Of a DNA stretch of 64,000 nt, positions 12,995 through 28,143 are shown in pieces (positions within the stretch are counted from its first letter, which is position 1; every line of letters begins with the position of its first letter). This DNA comes from Octopus vulgaris. Lineage: Eukaryota. Under the pieces are notes generated by a model. The model was not told where the DNA came from. It saw only the letters and a list, made by a program, of their open reading frames with translations, and made no database searches. The DNA lies in the NCBI GenBank assembly GCA_951406725.2, contig OX597825.1, positions 9,610,001 through 9,674,000 on the forward strand, written 5' to 3'. The translations under genes and the position numbers were made by a program.

Positions 12995-13228
12995 GGAGAA
13001 TTCACAAAGAAACAAAAGGCGAAGACAGGTTGTTTATACGACAAAAAGATGTATTAGTATAATGCTCAGTAAGGGAAAAAGTCTTTAATGTTTCGAGCCT
13101 ACGCTCTTCCACAGATAGGCACACAGAAAGAAACAAGGAGAGAAAATAAAAAATGTGTAGTGGCTAGCGATCTATCATGGTGAAGGCCGGACAAAAGGGT
13201 CACACAGGAAAGCTAGGGAGAAGAGAGC
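12995..13228 (-). mobile_element. PLE pLTR-like repeat family H1 with a minimal hammerhead variant
   Basis: Minus strand CTGTGGA-A-gagc-gtag-gctc-GAAA-cat-TA-aag at 13083-13118. Homologous to the 6550 and 30426 copies. Confidence 0.65.
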
Positions 13229-14438
13229 TTTGTGTATTTATTTATGTAGGAATTATCCATACGCACACATACATATGCGTGTGTGTATGTGTATGCGTGT
13301 GTGTATGTGTACGTTTGTGCGTATGTGTGTGTGCCTTCTACGTGAGTGTGGCGTGTGGAATGTGTGTGAGTGTGTGTGTGTGTGTGAGTGGATCTTATAC
13401 TGATCTTATACTTAGGGTGTCGGTCTAATAATCATAACATAAGTTCAATTTATGGACGGGAAAAGACACTTAATTCCATATTCCGATCTTTATTGAAAAT
13501 CAGAACCAATCAAATACTTTTTCTCGCTCTGGTTTTCTAAGGGGGAAAAAAAAAGAGTGGGATCTTCTGCCAGACAGTTTTACAGTTTCTTGCTCACTCC
13601 TTAGAGAAGATGTATCCAACGACCTTCAATGAAGATCATAGAATATTCTTTTACCCTACAAAGCAATCATAAATTAGGCCAGTACTGAAATGAACAGCTT
13701 AATTTACATTTTGTTCTTTTCAAAGTTCCTCGTCTGTTAAACATGATATAACTTACGTGCATCATAGCGTGAACAAGAATATCTGAAATGAACTGAAAAC
13801 TGTGAGGGGTTTCGGGATGTGTGAAACACATACGTAAATACATTCTTTCGGTGCTAATCTGATTTGTGGTTCGCTTATTTTATAGCTGAGTATTCTATTC
13901 CGTTGATTGATGATAGAAGCCGGGTACGTCGTCGCTAAGGAAAACCCAACAAAGCGTTATTCAATCCGTTAGAAACACCGCTATTTTCGCATATCAAAGA
14001 CATCGAGAAAATGTGGTGGCATTCGTAATTCACTCGGAGTTAAACGCCTTGTAATGTAGGAAATTCGATCAGTATTTCTTTTCGACTCTGCGTTGTGACA
14101 TGCACATATGTGTGTGTGCGCGCGCTTTTATGTACGTGAGTGTGTGTGTGTGTTTGTGTTTGTGTCTGTGCGCGTGTATGTGTATGAGTATGTCTCACAC
14201 CCAGCGTTGGCTTGCTTACTTCCTAATAAATCAGAACAAGAGCCAGATATTAAAAAGTGTACAGTGCACAGGCATGGTCGCAGTCTAATGATTGAAACAA
14301 GTAGAAGATATATAGAAGTATATGTATATATAAATATAGATAGTTATGTCGATAGATAGATATGCATATATATGTATATATATATATACATATATATTTA
14401 TCTATATATAAATATATAAATGCATGTATATGTGTTTA

Positions 14439-14562
14439 GTGGACCAAAAGTCACGCACCTGCATTAAAAATGATTTAATATATATTACATATTCCAAAAA
14501 CAATGCTTCAGATTTAATTATAAATGAGGAATATTTCGGTGCGTGACTTTTGGCCCACCCTG
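14439..14562. mobile_element. Small Tc1/mariner-type MITE
   Basis: TIRs gtggaccaaaagtcacgcacc (14439-14459) and ggtgcgtgacttttggcccac (14538-14558) around an AT-rich interior. Confidence 0.7.
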
Positions 14563-14662
14563 CATGCACGTGTGTATATGTGTATGTGTATGTGTATGTA
14601 TGTATGTATGTATGTATGTATGTATGTATGTATGTATGTATGTATGTATGTATGTATGTATT

Positions 14663-14725
<63 letters not shown>

Positions 14726-15229
14726 GCTCGTCCGTTTAGACGTATGTCTTTGTGTTTATAGGAGCGTGTATGTGAGTGTGTGTATAAAAGACTATATTGC
14801 GAATGACTGTAGTCGGAGAGTTTGCGATACGAATTCGATTCCTCTCCAGCTTTTACGATTCACTTACGTCATTAATGTTCTCGAGAACGGCATGAACATT
14901 ACAAAATTTATTGAGCATATCTTCGTCGATCAATAGCATTGATAGTTTATTGACGGATTCCTTTATTAACTTTATTGCTCTTTTACGTCGTTGCGCAATA
15001 TAATATACATATATTCTCTCTACATAATATCTATAGATAGGTATGAAGATAAATGGATCGATAGATTGAGTGGTAAGTAAATCGATGGAAAGGTAGATAG
15101 CGGGATGGTTACAAGATAGGGAGATAGACTGAGACGGAGACAGAGAAAGAATGCGAGACAGACATAGATACAGAGAGGTTTTAAAATAGGCAGACACACC
15201 TACAGGGGTGTAAAAATAGACAGACAGTG

Positions 15230-15258
15230 AGGTAGATAGACAGACAGACAGGCAGATG

Positions 15259-15340
<82 letters not shown>

Positions 15341-15372
15341 CATACAGATAGGTAGGCAGATAGATAGGTAGG

Positions 15373-15440
<68 letters not shown>

Positions 15441-15455
15441 CAGATAGGTATGCAG

Positions 15456-15486
<31 letters not shown>

Positions 15487-15706
15487 AATAGATAGATAGA
15501 TAGGTAGGTAGGTAGGTAGGTAGGTAGGTAGGTATGTAGGTAGATAGATAGACAGATAGACAGACACACTAGCAGAGAGATATAGATAGAGAGAGAGAGA
15601 GAACAGAGATAGAGAGAGGTAGATATATAGATAGATAGATGACAGATAGACAGACACACTAGCAGAGAGATATAGATAGAGAGAGAGAGACACAGAGTGA
15701 GAGAGG

Positions 15707-15793
<87 letters not shown>
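15230..15793. repeat. Compound (AGAT)n/(AGGT)n/(AG)n microsatellite
   Basis: Read directly. Includes a duplicated ~50-bp subunit (gacagatagacagacacactagcagagag at ~15551 and ~15641). Confidence 0.95.
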
Positions 15794-16068
15794 TCAGGTA
15801 TGTTGGTAGCCATTTATCTAATCGACTATCTTATTTATGACTGCCAGGCCAAACCAGAGTTCACTGTTCTGTGTCGTTATTCTATTACTTCCTTTTAAAA
15901 TGTATCTGTTCTGTCCTGTCTCCTCTTACAAAATTTTCCGTATCATTAACCTCTACATTTTCACTTCTCTATATTTTTCCCGCATTTTTTCTTTTTTTAT
16001 TTTCACTTTCACTTTCCCTTCTCTTTCCTTTCGCTCTCTTTCACAAGAGCAACCACTACTGACACTAC

Positions 16069-16140
<72 letters not shown>

Positions 16141-16804
16141 TGTTCGTTCTTAGGATTGCATTGTCAAATAGCCTTCTTTTCCATCTAATGCCCACAAGAA
16201 GCATCAACGGAAAACAATAAAAGAACTAAAGAACGTTTTTCACTTGCCACACATCAATGTAGCTAATAAATTTCCCTTGGCGAACACCCTGTCAACGAAC
16301 ACGATCTACATGTTGTAAGACAACAAGAAAATGTAGATGGATGACCATAGCATGTGCCATCAATAAATATTAATTATTCAAATTGTTATCTCAGTGCCGC
16401 GAATGTCAGAACAACCTTAAAATGACAACTTCAGAAACCCTCAATGCTTAACAGCCTCTCTAAAATATACAAAGGTTTATGGACCTTATCTTTTCATGTA
16501 CTTCAATGTAATATTTACAATCGTGAGCAGGCTATTGCAGCTTAAAGTATACGGGTTCGTTTATATTTGAATCGCTTCATTTAAAGTCTTTGTTATGGAG
16601 GAATTCAGTCCTTTTAAACTGAAAGCTCTGTCGTGACAGCGGTGTACAATTGTCTGTTGGTTAAAGAGCTGTTTATATGTACACCATACGACGAGACCTA
16701 ATCGTCATTATAACCCTTACACACTCACGAACGCACACAGACACTCACACTCATACACACACACTCATTCACACATATATGTATGTATCTCTCTCTCTCT
16801 CACT

Positions 16805-16887
<83 letters not shown>

Positions 16888-16889
<2 letters not shown>

Positions 16890-17085
16890 TGAGCTGGCAG
16901 AAACATTAGCACGCCGGGCGAAATACTTAGCAGTATTTCGTCAGCTGTTACGTTCTGAGTTCAAATTCCACCAAGGTCGACTTTGCCTTTCATACTTTCG
17001 GGGTCGATTAAATAAGTACCAGTTACGCACTTGGGTCGATGTAATCGACTTAATCCGTTTGTATGTCCTTGTTTGTCCCCTTGTG
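16888..17085 (+). mobile_element. SINE family B (alpha tail)
   Basis: ggtgagctggcagaa...gagttcaaattcc...gggtcgattaaataagtaccag...ttaatccgtttgt. Confidence 0.88.
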
Positions 17086-17105
17086 CGTAGGAAAGATATA
17101 TATAC

Positions 17106-17136
<31 letters not shown>

Positions 17137-17999
17137 TGTATGTATGTATGTATGTATGTATGTATGTATTTATGTATGAATGTATGTATGTATGTATGTG
17201 TGGGGGGAGAGAAAGAGATTATAATATTCGTGATTTGTTGTTTCGATACGTTTATTGATCATTTAAATAGGAAATATGAAAAACAGGGGCTCACAGAACA
17301 ATGTATAAATTAGCTCGCCATATTTAATTTGGTCCCTGTACGCATCTGAGTTAAAACAAATATCAAACGCTTCCTGTGTTTGCATCAATAAACTACAGTA
17401 CTTTCTTTTTAATGTTTGGCCTTTTGCCACTGAAAAGAATTCATTCATATGGTTACTGTCAGGTCCCCATAGTCGTATTTAGCATGACGGACACAGTACG
17501 CTTAAACCGATATAGTGTACGGCAAAGAGGAAGAGCGGTAAATGAGATTATGTAACACTGACGCTTTTTAAAAGACTCTCGTGTAGCCAAATCAACAAAA
17601 TGGCTAGAAAGCAACTAATGATGAGAAACTTAGTGGTCAGTGTGACCCAGCTGCTATAGAACAGCTGGGTATACCTCCAACGCAAAATTCTGACAGCAAG
17701 AATATAATTATGTAAGCACCCTGTTAAGTATACTATTGAAATTCTTATAATTAAAAGGAATTCAGTTTAGCGGATAATTATTTAAGTATAAACTAAACAT
17801 TCAAAAAGCTTGATTTGTGAATAGAAAATGTTGCTTCCGCAGGATTTCCGTCTAACCTCAGGCTGCATGAGTTATTTTCTTTATGAATACTACATTTAAT
17901 TCGTTGTTGGTGTTATTGTTGTTGTTGTTGATGATGATGATGATGATGATGATGATGTTTGTGGTGGTGATGTTGTTGCTGTTGTTATTGGTTTCATTC

Positions 18000-18624
<625 letters not shown>

Positions 18625-18872
18625 GTGTAATGCGGCGAGCTGCCAGAATCGTTAGCATACCGAACATAATGCTTCGAGGCATTTCGTCTGTCTTTACCCT
18701 CTGTAAGTGACAGAATATATAGCGAACGGAATTCAGTCTGAATTACATCTACAACTCTGGACAGAATATGACATTTTTACCTTTTTGGTTTTGTTACCTT
18801 TCGAGAATCAATTGTAGAATGTCAAAGAGTTTATGACACCAAATATATAAATCTATGTGTGGGGGGAGAGTT

Positions 18873-18903
<31 letters not shown>

Positions 18904-18951
18904 AATAAGAAAGAAATAGAGAGAATGTGTGTACTTACAGATAGATAGTTG

Positions 18952-19074
<123 letters not shown>

Positions 19075-19905
19075 GGATACGTACGTAGGTATATACATAC
19101 ATACATATATACATACGTACATATATGCATACATGCATACATACATACATATGGACAAATTTCTTTATTCAGATGTTTTAGTTTAAACAGGCTATGTTAT
19201 TTGTGAGCATTTATTTTGTGATCATGAATCAATCCACTTTATTAATATTGAACAATCTTCAATATTTCCCCATTCATCAGCTGTATTACCTGTCATTTTC
19301 TGCGTACAATCAACATACCTTTCAGGCAGATGAGAGGATGTGTAATAAAATAAAGGATTGAAACCGATTGTGAAAATATTAGAATATTGCTTAAGGTTAA
19401 CCTGTTTCTTTACTCTAAAACAATAATCTAATCACTTTAAGATGATGGGGACATAAGCCAGCATATCTCTGAAACATTCCGGGTCTTGGTGTCACGAGAG
19501 TTTTCTTGATTGTTAAATTACCACGAGTAATGGTAAATTTGTCAGATGATCACATAACATCTGGAATGTTAGGGTTAGTGCTAAGACGAATTAGAGGGCT
19601 GGGTTATCTGTAATGATGCATACAAGGGTATTGATAAATTATAGCTGAAATGGAAGCAGAGAAAAATAAGGAGACAGGAAAATTTCTCCGACCAAGAAGA
19701 AAAGATACAGAGAAAATCCAAAGGATAACTGAATGTAAGGCAAAATAATGAAGCTCTTAGAAATGCACTTTGATACAAAACTGCATAACAAACTGCGATG
19801 TATTGGTTTTTATATGGACACAAAGCATGTTGGTAAATGTTTAAATAAATTTCATCTGAACACAGAAGTAAAGGCAATAGTCTTGCTCAATATATTATAG
19901 GGCAC

Positions 19906-20058
19906 ATTCTGTTGTGCCTGGGGAGAGTCATTTTCTTTTTCGGTGAGTGTGTTAAATAATAAGGCACAAAAAGAAAATGACTCTCCCCAGACACAACAGA
20001 ATATGCTTCAACACACGAACTCATATAAAGAATCTTGCGAACCAAATCCAAAAACGAA
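19906..20058. mobile_element. Short retro-insertion with an inverted terminal duplication and a 12-bp TSD
   Basis: Direct repeat attatagggcac at 19894-19905 and 20059-20070. Inverted arms attctgttgtgcctggggagagtcattttcttttt / aaaaagaaaatgactctccccagacacaacagaat. Confidence 0.7.
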
Positions 20059-20134
20059 ATTATAGGGCACGTTTCATCATAAAAAGATGGGCGAAAGATA
20101 AAAAGAACAAAATAAAGTCATAAACTTGGTAAAT

Positions 20135-20578
20135 ATAATCCTTTCTGTTATAGGTACAAAGCCTGTAATTCATGGGTAAGGGCCAGTCGATTATATTGTC
20201 CCCAATGCTCAACTGGAACTTAATTTATCGACCCCGAAAGGATGAAAGGCAAAATCGACCACGGCGGAATTTTAACCCAGAACGGACGCAATGCCGATAA
20301 CTCAGCGTTTTGTCCGGTGTGCTAACGGTTCTTATTTCTTTATTGCCCACAAGGGGCTAAACACAGAGGGGACAAACAAGGACAGATAAAGGGATTAAGT
20401 CGATTACATCGACCCCAGTGCGTAACTGGTACTTAATTTATCGAACCCGAAAGGATGAAAGGCTAAGTCGACCTCGTAAACGACTTCGGCGGAATTTGAA
20501 CTCAGAACATAAAGACGAAGGAAATGGTGCTAAGCATTTCGTCCCTCGTGCTAACGATTCTGCCAGGTCAACGCCTTG
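20135..20578 (-). mobile_element. SINE family B composite (alpha plus beta)
   Basis: Two ccgaaaggatgaaaggc cores. The alpha tail (gcccacaaggggctaaacacagagggg) is internal and the beta tail is terminal. Confidence 0.9.
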
Positions 20579-20855
20579 AGAACTCTGTAAAAGAGTGACA
20601 AACTAAATACTTTGAAATATAAATATTTCTCGATCAAGCGCCATTTCTGCTACTCTACTGCTTCTAAAACTATTACTAATACTAATATAATTTCTATTAA
20701 AGCCACGATAAGAGAACTTTGGTGGTACAGAACAGTTGATTATAGCAAGCCTAGAATAATGATTCCGGAAGGATGAAGGGTGAATATTTCTTCAGCCCTA
20801 GACCATCTCCTTATCACCCTTACCCGTCTTGTTGCTTAACCACAACAACAGCAGA

Positions 20856-20937
<82 letters not shown>

Positions 20938-21904
20938 TCGAAAGCTAAGATGAAACTAATAATAATGATAAACGTAATTTGCATCAAATAGCTGTAGGCA
21001 CACTTTTTTGTTTTCTACTGGCGGTAATTTTTGTTAACTTATGAAAACAGGTCTGTATAGATTATAATATATTGATAAGAGCTTATAAAACTGAAATATA
21101 TCTCCAACTGAGACCTACCCTCCTGATAAAGACCAGATTTTTCCTCTGAACATAAAAATAATTTTTTATGGGAAATCCTTGAATTAAAATTTCTTGAATG
21201 AATTAAACATTGTTTCTTTAAGAGTTGCCAACAATTACTGTTAGTTCTTTGGCTTATTTTGTTTTAATCTCTTTTCTTTCTCGAAATAAGAGGAAATTTC
21301 ATTTCATTAAAAAAAATGTTTTTGTGTCAGTCGTTCAATGCACCTCCATTTAACTGAATTATCCGAATTCATGTCGTTAACACTTTTTAATTTTTTTTTA
21401 TTTTTTAGTTATTTCTAATTTACAGAATTATGCTTGTCAAAAAACCTCTTTTTCCTACTCGTCAAACTTTTGTCAGCAGATCAAAGCACATTTGAGTTGA
21501 TAAGGCAATGTTGTTGAGTTCGAATAAGATCAAAACATGTCGGTAGCTGTCATCTGGACTACAAACAAACACTTATTTACGAATGAAAATTCAGTCTTAT
21601 GTGAAAACGATTCTGGATTTCTTTGAATCTGTCTTTCTTTTTCTTTGAGAGTCGCAAACATTTTATCATTTCTCCAAATAACAGGAAAATCTTAACTAAA
21701 TAACAATGTTTGCGTACGTATTTCGATACATCGCTAATTGACCCCAATAACACCAAATACGAGACGAACCCATAGGAATAAATAGAATAAAACCACACCT
21801 CACAACAAATCCGAGTTACCATTGAAGGGAACCTTACAAAGAAGGTTATAAAGATCACCGGGTGAATAATAATAATAATAATAATAACAATGGCAGCAGC
21901 ATCA

Positions 21905-22213
21905 ACTCTTTTACTCTTTTACTTGTTTCAGTCATTTGACTGCGGCCATGCTGGAGCACCGCCAATAATAATGATAATCCTTTCTACTAGAAGCACAAGG
22001 CCTGAATTTCTTTTTTTTTCTTTTTTTTGGTGGGTGGGGTAGGCACTATATTCAGTTACATCGACTCCAGTGTTTCGCTGATACTTAATTTATCGACCCC
22101 GAAAGGATGAAATGCAAAGTGGACTTCAGCAGAGTTTGAACTCAGAGTGTGCAGGAGGACGAAATGCCGCTAAGCACTATGCCTGGCATCCTAACGATCC
22201 TGCCAGCTCGCTG
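21905..22213 (-). mobile_element. SINE A 3' tail fragment plus a SINE B (beta) copy
   Basis: ctcttttacttgtttcagtcatttgactgcggccatgctggagcacc (21905-21963), then the family B reverse complement at 21978-22213. Confidence 0.8.
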
Positions 22214-22216
22214 TCT

Positions 22217-22242
22217 TAATAATAATAATAATAATAATAATA

Positions 22243-22280
<38 letters not shown>

Positions 22281-22301
22281 AATAATAACAATAATAATAA
22301 C

Positions 22302-22390
<89 letters not shown>

Positions 22391-22400
22391 TAATAATAAC

Positions 22401-22459
<59 letters not shown>

Positions 22460-22517
22460 TGATGATGATGATGATGATGATGATAATAATAATAATAATA
22501 ATAACAATAATAATAAC

Positions 22518-22567
<50 letters not shown>

Positions 22568-22593
22568 TAATAATAACAATGAATAATAATAAC

Positions 22594-22662
<69 letters not shown>

Positions 22663-22668
22663 GATAAC

Positions 22669-22736
<68 letters not shown>
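22217..22736. repeat. ~520-bp compound (AAT)n/(GAT)n/(AAC) microsatellite
   Basis: Read directly. Accounts for the poly-N/I/L/Y ORFs here. Confidence 0.97.
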
Positions 22737-22738
<2 letters not shown>

Positions 22739-23599
22739 CCAGAGGTTAGCAGCCGGTGTTAGGGCAACAAATGAATTGAAATATATCCATTTAGAAAAAT
22801 TTGATGACCAAACCGTGTATTTCGACTGGAACACCTGACCTTTTTATTTTTCCCTGCCATTATCTAAATTACAAATGCTTTACCAGTGCAAAACTTTGGC
22901 AAAGTCCAGGAACTATTCCGTTGTGAAATTGATTCAGGAGATATCAACGCCATTACACTGACATCAACAAAATTACCAATAATACAAACGCTTCCAGTGA
23001 CACCCACATCCCGAATCAGCCAACAAGAACCGATCAGCTAAGTGGAATACTTTTACACTTTGTATATGTATTGTCGTATGTATGAATACAAATATATATG
23101 CTTGTGTATATATATGTTTGTGTGTGAGTGAGTTTGAGAGCGTGTATAAGGATGCATTGTACGTAAAGGGGGAAAGCCGCGACTTACTGTAGACCAAAAT
23201 AGAATACGTCGATAAATAGATTTACTGATAGATATATAGATTGATTGACTGACATATATTATGTGCGTGTGTGTGTGAGTGTGTGTGTATGTGTGTTGGC
23301 ATGTATGTGTGTGCCTGCACACGTGTGAATATTTGTCTTTGTGTGTGTTTACATAAATACATATAAGCATTTGTCTTTTAAACTTCGTTGCACGTTTATA
23401 TGCATGCAGATAGATAGATATATAGATAGATAGATAAATAGATACATACATACATACATGCATACATGCACGCATTCATACATATATACACACGCGCATA
23501 CATACATGTATATGTGTGTGTGCGTATGTGTGTGCATGAACGTACGTGTGTGCATACATAAATATAGAGATACACACACACACACATATATATATATAA

Positions 23600-23639
<40 letters not shown>

Positions 23640-23688
23640 TATTATATTATAAATATATATATATATACATGCATACACACACACGCAT

Positions 23689-23774
<86 letters not shown>

Positions 23775-25141
23775 GTATATATAATATATATATAAAGCAC
23801 TATAAGTGACCAGGCAAACCCGAACTCTTTACAAGTAAATCATGTTCATAGTTTGTGTGTGTGAAATATAAATGAAAGATCATAAGTGAGTCTCTTGTGA
23901 CAAGTGACCATTTTTAATATAGTGAGATAGGCACAATTACGGTGATGGGCTGCGTTAACGCCCTCTCTCTCTCTTGTTAACACCTTTACCTTCTCTAACC
24001 ATACGCCGCACTTTACACTCTCCCTTTAACCACGTTTATCCTTTTCATCTCCTCAGCCTCTTTACACGGTTCGTTCGCCTCACTAGTTCGCTTTCGCACA
24101 ATATTTTTCATCTCTTTAAGTAGCACAATATAGAAGGCTTTCTAACAAAAACAAAAACATATATAATACAAATACCTACAGACATATTATTTGAATATGA
24201 AATAAGTCAAAGCACTGGGATTACGTTTTAATACTTCAATTCCCTGAATAATATCGACAAATTAACCTTATTATATATAGTTTCTTTTAGTTTTACTTTA
24301 CTTTTCCCCTCTTCAATCATGACTGGTAAAAAAAAAAGAAGAACAGAAGTAAAGATTATAATATAGGAAACAAAACATTATTTAAAAGTGACCAATAGAT
24401 AAAAATATCGAATCATTAATTAATATTGTTAGCTTTTATCTAGAAACAAGTCTCCATATTATTAACAGACAGAGGAAATGGAACGCTACGTTTCTCTTGC
24501 CTTTCCCATGAGCCTCTCTGATGTAAATGACGTGAATTTTTATCAACAGGCTTCTATAACTTGGTGGCAGTCTTCACTGAGTCCTGCTCCAAATTTTCTA
24601 ATTAAATTGCAAATGAACGTTATTAATACTCTTATTTAATAATACTGTTTAATTTATTATTCATCGCTTTAGGAATACATCACGAGTTTTCTTTCTTCTA
24701 AAATAAGGTGTATCTTGGAAATCATTCAAGATTTACAAATGATATGCGAGGTTGTCCTAACAATAATTACAGATTTAGCGTTACGATTTAGTAGAAAGTA
24801 TTACCGTTTATCTTTATAAGAAATCTGTCAATATCTATAGAAACGGTTGAATATTATTGGTTATTATCAATTACAATTACAGCTACCTACAATGATTAGA
24901 CTATTGTCGTGTCGTTTGTGTATTTGAAATTAATGTCAGAATTATGTGCTATGTGATAACCTATCGGCCAAACTTTCGTGGTTTTTGCTCATTGTTATTT
25001 GTATGAGAATCACAGAGACTTTTCTTGGAGAGCTGAAATCGAGATGCCGAACATATTTCTCCTTGGCTTAATCGTGAGAATCGCTACAATGCCTTTTCTC
25101 GACCTGTAAAGACATTAGCTTACGAACAAAGCTTAAATTGC

Positions 25142-25301
25142 TACATTATTTACATTATTTACATTTGACGGATACTTGTCCACATCTTGTTTGTTGTTAA
25201 CACAACGTTTCGGCTGATATACCCTCCAGCCTTCATCAGGTATCTTGAGGAAATTTCGAACCTGCATCCTCATTCTTCAGGTATTTTTCGATGTTATTAT
25301 T
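25142..25301 (-). mobile_element. PLE pLTR-like segment (family H2) carrying a hammerhead
   Basis: Homologous to both arms of the element at 56393-56863. Lies downstream of, and on the same strand as, the GIY-YIG ORF at 25529-26029. Confidence 0.8.
25200..25243 (-). ncRNA. Minimal type I hammerhead ribozyme
   Basis: Minus strand: atac CTGATGA a ggctg gagggtatat cagcc GAAA cg TT gtgt. Intact core, 5-bp helix II, and palindromic aacgtt in place of helix III. Confidence 0.8.
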
Positions 25302-25520
25302 GAGTGAGAGAGCAGTGCATGCCATCAAAGTGACACTGGGGTAAAATATACAAAGTAAAATATACGAACCTGTCTGATAAGGGTACACTAGGTACATGCA
25401 TCACAACCATATGTGTGCGACGTGGTGATCTCATATCAAGATAAACAGCACATGACTTTGCAGGTGGGGCCCAGTTAGAATTTTCTTCTGGTCGAGTAAC
25501 CTATCCCGCTCAAAAGGTCA
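25302..25520 (+). mobile_element. LINE 3'-UTR-like repeat fragment (same family as 18000-18511)
   Basis: Shares acaaccatatg...ttgcaggtgg-gcccagttagaattttcttctggtcgagta-cc--tcccgct. Confidence 0.65.
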
Positions 25521-25528
25521 AAATTTTC

Positions 25529-26029
25529 CTATCCTTTCTTAATACCAGTTCCCATATGCTGTTCATATCTGCATTCGGTCTGCTTAGGAGGTTGTTGTGT
25601 CCTAACATGTGCTGCTTCTTTTAGTTTTAGTATTTTCCAATGGTGTTCTCTGTCTATTATTTTAACTTCATCCCACAGGGGGATGTGGTCTCCATTTTTC
25701 CATACATGATCAGCTATACCCGATTTATCAATATCTCCTCGTGTCGTCGCTTTGCGATGTTCGTCTACCCTTATTTTGAGGGGGAAGCATGTTTCGCCTT
25801 TGTATAACCTACCACAGCTGCATGAGATGGAATACACGCAGGTTTTGGTCATATTCTCTTCTATTGGTGGTTTTACTCGAAGGAGATATTTGCGAAGTGT
25901 TGTATTACTTTTGAATACTGTCCTGATGTCATATGGATCGCATATCTTTTGTATCTTTTCGGAGAGGCCTTTCACATAGGCTAGACAGACTGTGGACAGT
26001 TTATTGGTTTCATCCTCTCTTTTCTTCAT
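25529..26029 (-). pseudogene. Penelope-like retroelement C-terminal GIY-YIG endonuclease fragment
   Basis: 166-aa ORF with LAYVKGLSEKIQKIC...VFKSNTTLR...CVYSISCSCGRLYKGET...LKIRVDEHRK...KSGIADHVW...LKEAAH: linker plus GIY-YIG domain. No RT is visible, so it is 5'-truncated. Confidence 0.92.
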
Positions 26030-28088
26030 ATTTTATATAAGTTTTATACAAGTTTATAAGTTTATAAAAGATTTGATATCCGCACTGGAGATGCCAGTAT
26101 AGGATGAGGATTAGAGCTAAGAGAAGTTGTAATAACTAAAGTCACTGAGGACAATAACTCATCAGTGCAGGTGGAGTATTGCCGGGTTATTGGTTGTTCG
26201 ATGAGTTCGAAGAGTAATAGAAGCAGAGATAGGGGAGCGAGATAGGGGTGCGAGCAGAGAGATTCAAAGCCAGCAAAACTGGATATTTTTGTTTGTGGTA
26301 CCCAGGTGAAATGGTTAATGAGAAGTAGAGTAGATTCTACATATTCGCAGATATCACAGAAGTTTCAACAGCAGATATTAACTTGAGAAAGGGTTAAAAA
26401 TGCATAACTCTGAGTGGAATAAGATGCGCAATTTGCGTGTTAGTTAGGGGCAATGTGCGAGGTCTAAGCTGGAAGGGGGTTCACAAATGTTAAAGAAAGG
26501 AAGAATTGATCAGCAAGTTTAGTTCTGGTTTTGGGCATCTTGCGGAACTGTAAAATTTAATTAATTCCGTATTTAAGAATATAACAAGCTTTTGCATTAA
26601 ATGAAATTTGGATTGAAAATAGACAAAGACATTTCGTTTCCAATTAGAAATTTAATTACTTCTGAACACGTAATCTCTTATTCCAGTAACAATAAAATGA
26701 ATTAAGTCACTTAATACAGAGTTTTTAATAAATTTATTTCGCTCGTGTATCGCAAAACCTAGATTGTTATATGAGGAACCCGAGTGTGATTGACTCTTTC
26801 ATAACTATTCTTCCTGGTATCATTTAATTGAATTGTTATTATTGAAAATCGCTTTCAAGGACTTTATCAATCATATTGACCTTAGTACATATTCAACTGA
26901 GTATTTGGTTTATTGTCACTATTTAACAAAGGACTAGTTGACACAACAAAATTGTTTATACCGTTGTAATGATAACTACACACTTTCTTCTCGTTAAATA
27001 TCTAATTGTTAATAAATTTCTGTCTTTTAAATTCTACCACGACATTGTTGTCTTATAAATTAGCATAAATGTTTCCGAAATCTCGAAATCTCGATGAAGA
27101 GCGTATAAATAGTCACTTAACTCACGTTTAATTGTCTTCAGTGAGTATTATAGCACTTCTAGGGGTAAGCTGCGATCTTTCACAGGTTGAATTCTCGGGA
27201 GTGTTTGGTATTTAACGCGCCAGTGGGAGTAAACTTGCATACCTAGAAATGAAAGAAGGGAAATAGACTACAAAACGAGACCAATCAAGGTATAGCCAAG
27301 TGGACAAAGTGCAGGTAAATGTAGGTGTCTTGGTCATCGAAACAAACAATTATTGATTATCGATCGTGATAGAAAAACCTTCAGCCAGTTCCACTATTGA
27401 GTACCACTCAAGTATATTTCCTATGGAAACCTATTGTTATATTCTTAATATGTATATATCGGTTATCGTGTGTGAAACTTTTAGCAATCAGACATTCTTC
27501 CTTATCAGACAACCGCTCCAAGCGCCTGCTTTGAATATTCTTTTGCCATTTAAATCTTTTCTAATCGGATAATCTCCTTCTACGCGTGGAAGTAAATATG
27601 TGAATTTTCCTTGCTTGCGTGTCATGGTATACGACATTATGTATGAGTGTGTGTCTGTGTATGTGTGTGTGTGTGAGTGTGTGTGAGAGAGAGAGATAGA
27701 GAGAATCTAACAGTATGTGGGGAGAGGTATGTGCGTGTGAGAGAAAGAGAAAGAAACAGTTTACGAATTAATGTTTTTTTCATATGAATAGTGTCTACAT
27801 CAAAACCAGCTTCTCTGTGTATTTGTTTTATTTTTATAGAATCTGTTACATGTGTGTATACGTCTGTTTCTGTATTAAACATATGATAAATGTATATGCG
27901 TATTAGTGTGTGTGTATGTGTGTGCGTGTATGTGTGTGTGTGTCAGTGTGTGTACGTATGTATTTATAAATGTATTTTACATACATCGGCACAAAACATA
28001 CCCGTACATTCATAGATATTCGTACATGTGTATCTGTGTATGTGTGTTTCTGTGCGTCCATGTCTGTCTGTAGCTATATATGTACGTG

Positions 28089-28143
<55 letters not shown>

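Noticed and set aside
14853-15813. Long ORFs of 268 and 210 aa (YLSI repeats)
   Set aside because: They are translations of (AGAT)n microsatellite with no coding signal.
19903-20008. Pre-miRNA-like hairpin
   Set aside because: Explained by an inverted duplication inside a TSD-bounded insertion; no miRNA family recognised.
22142-22834. Poly-N/D/I/L/Y ORFs, also at 47354-48292 and 59833-60306
   Set aside because: Trinucleotide microsatellites are stop-free in several frames on both strands.
26060-26560. Possible minus-strand LINE endonuclease relic; also a possible PLE relic at ~35750-36030
   Set aside because: Composition is suggestive, but motifs are too degenerate to support without a translated profile search.
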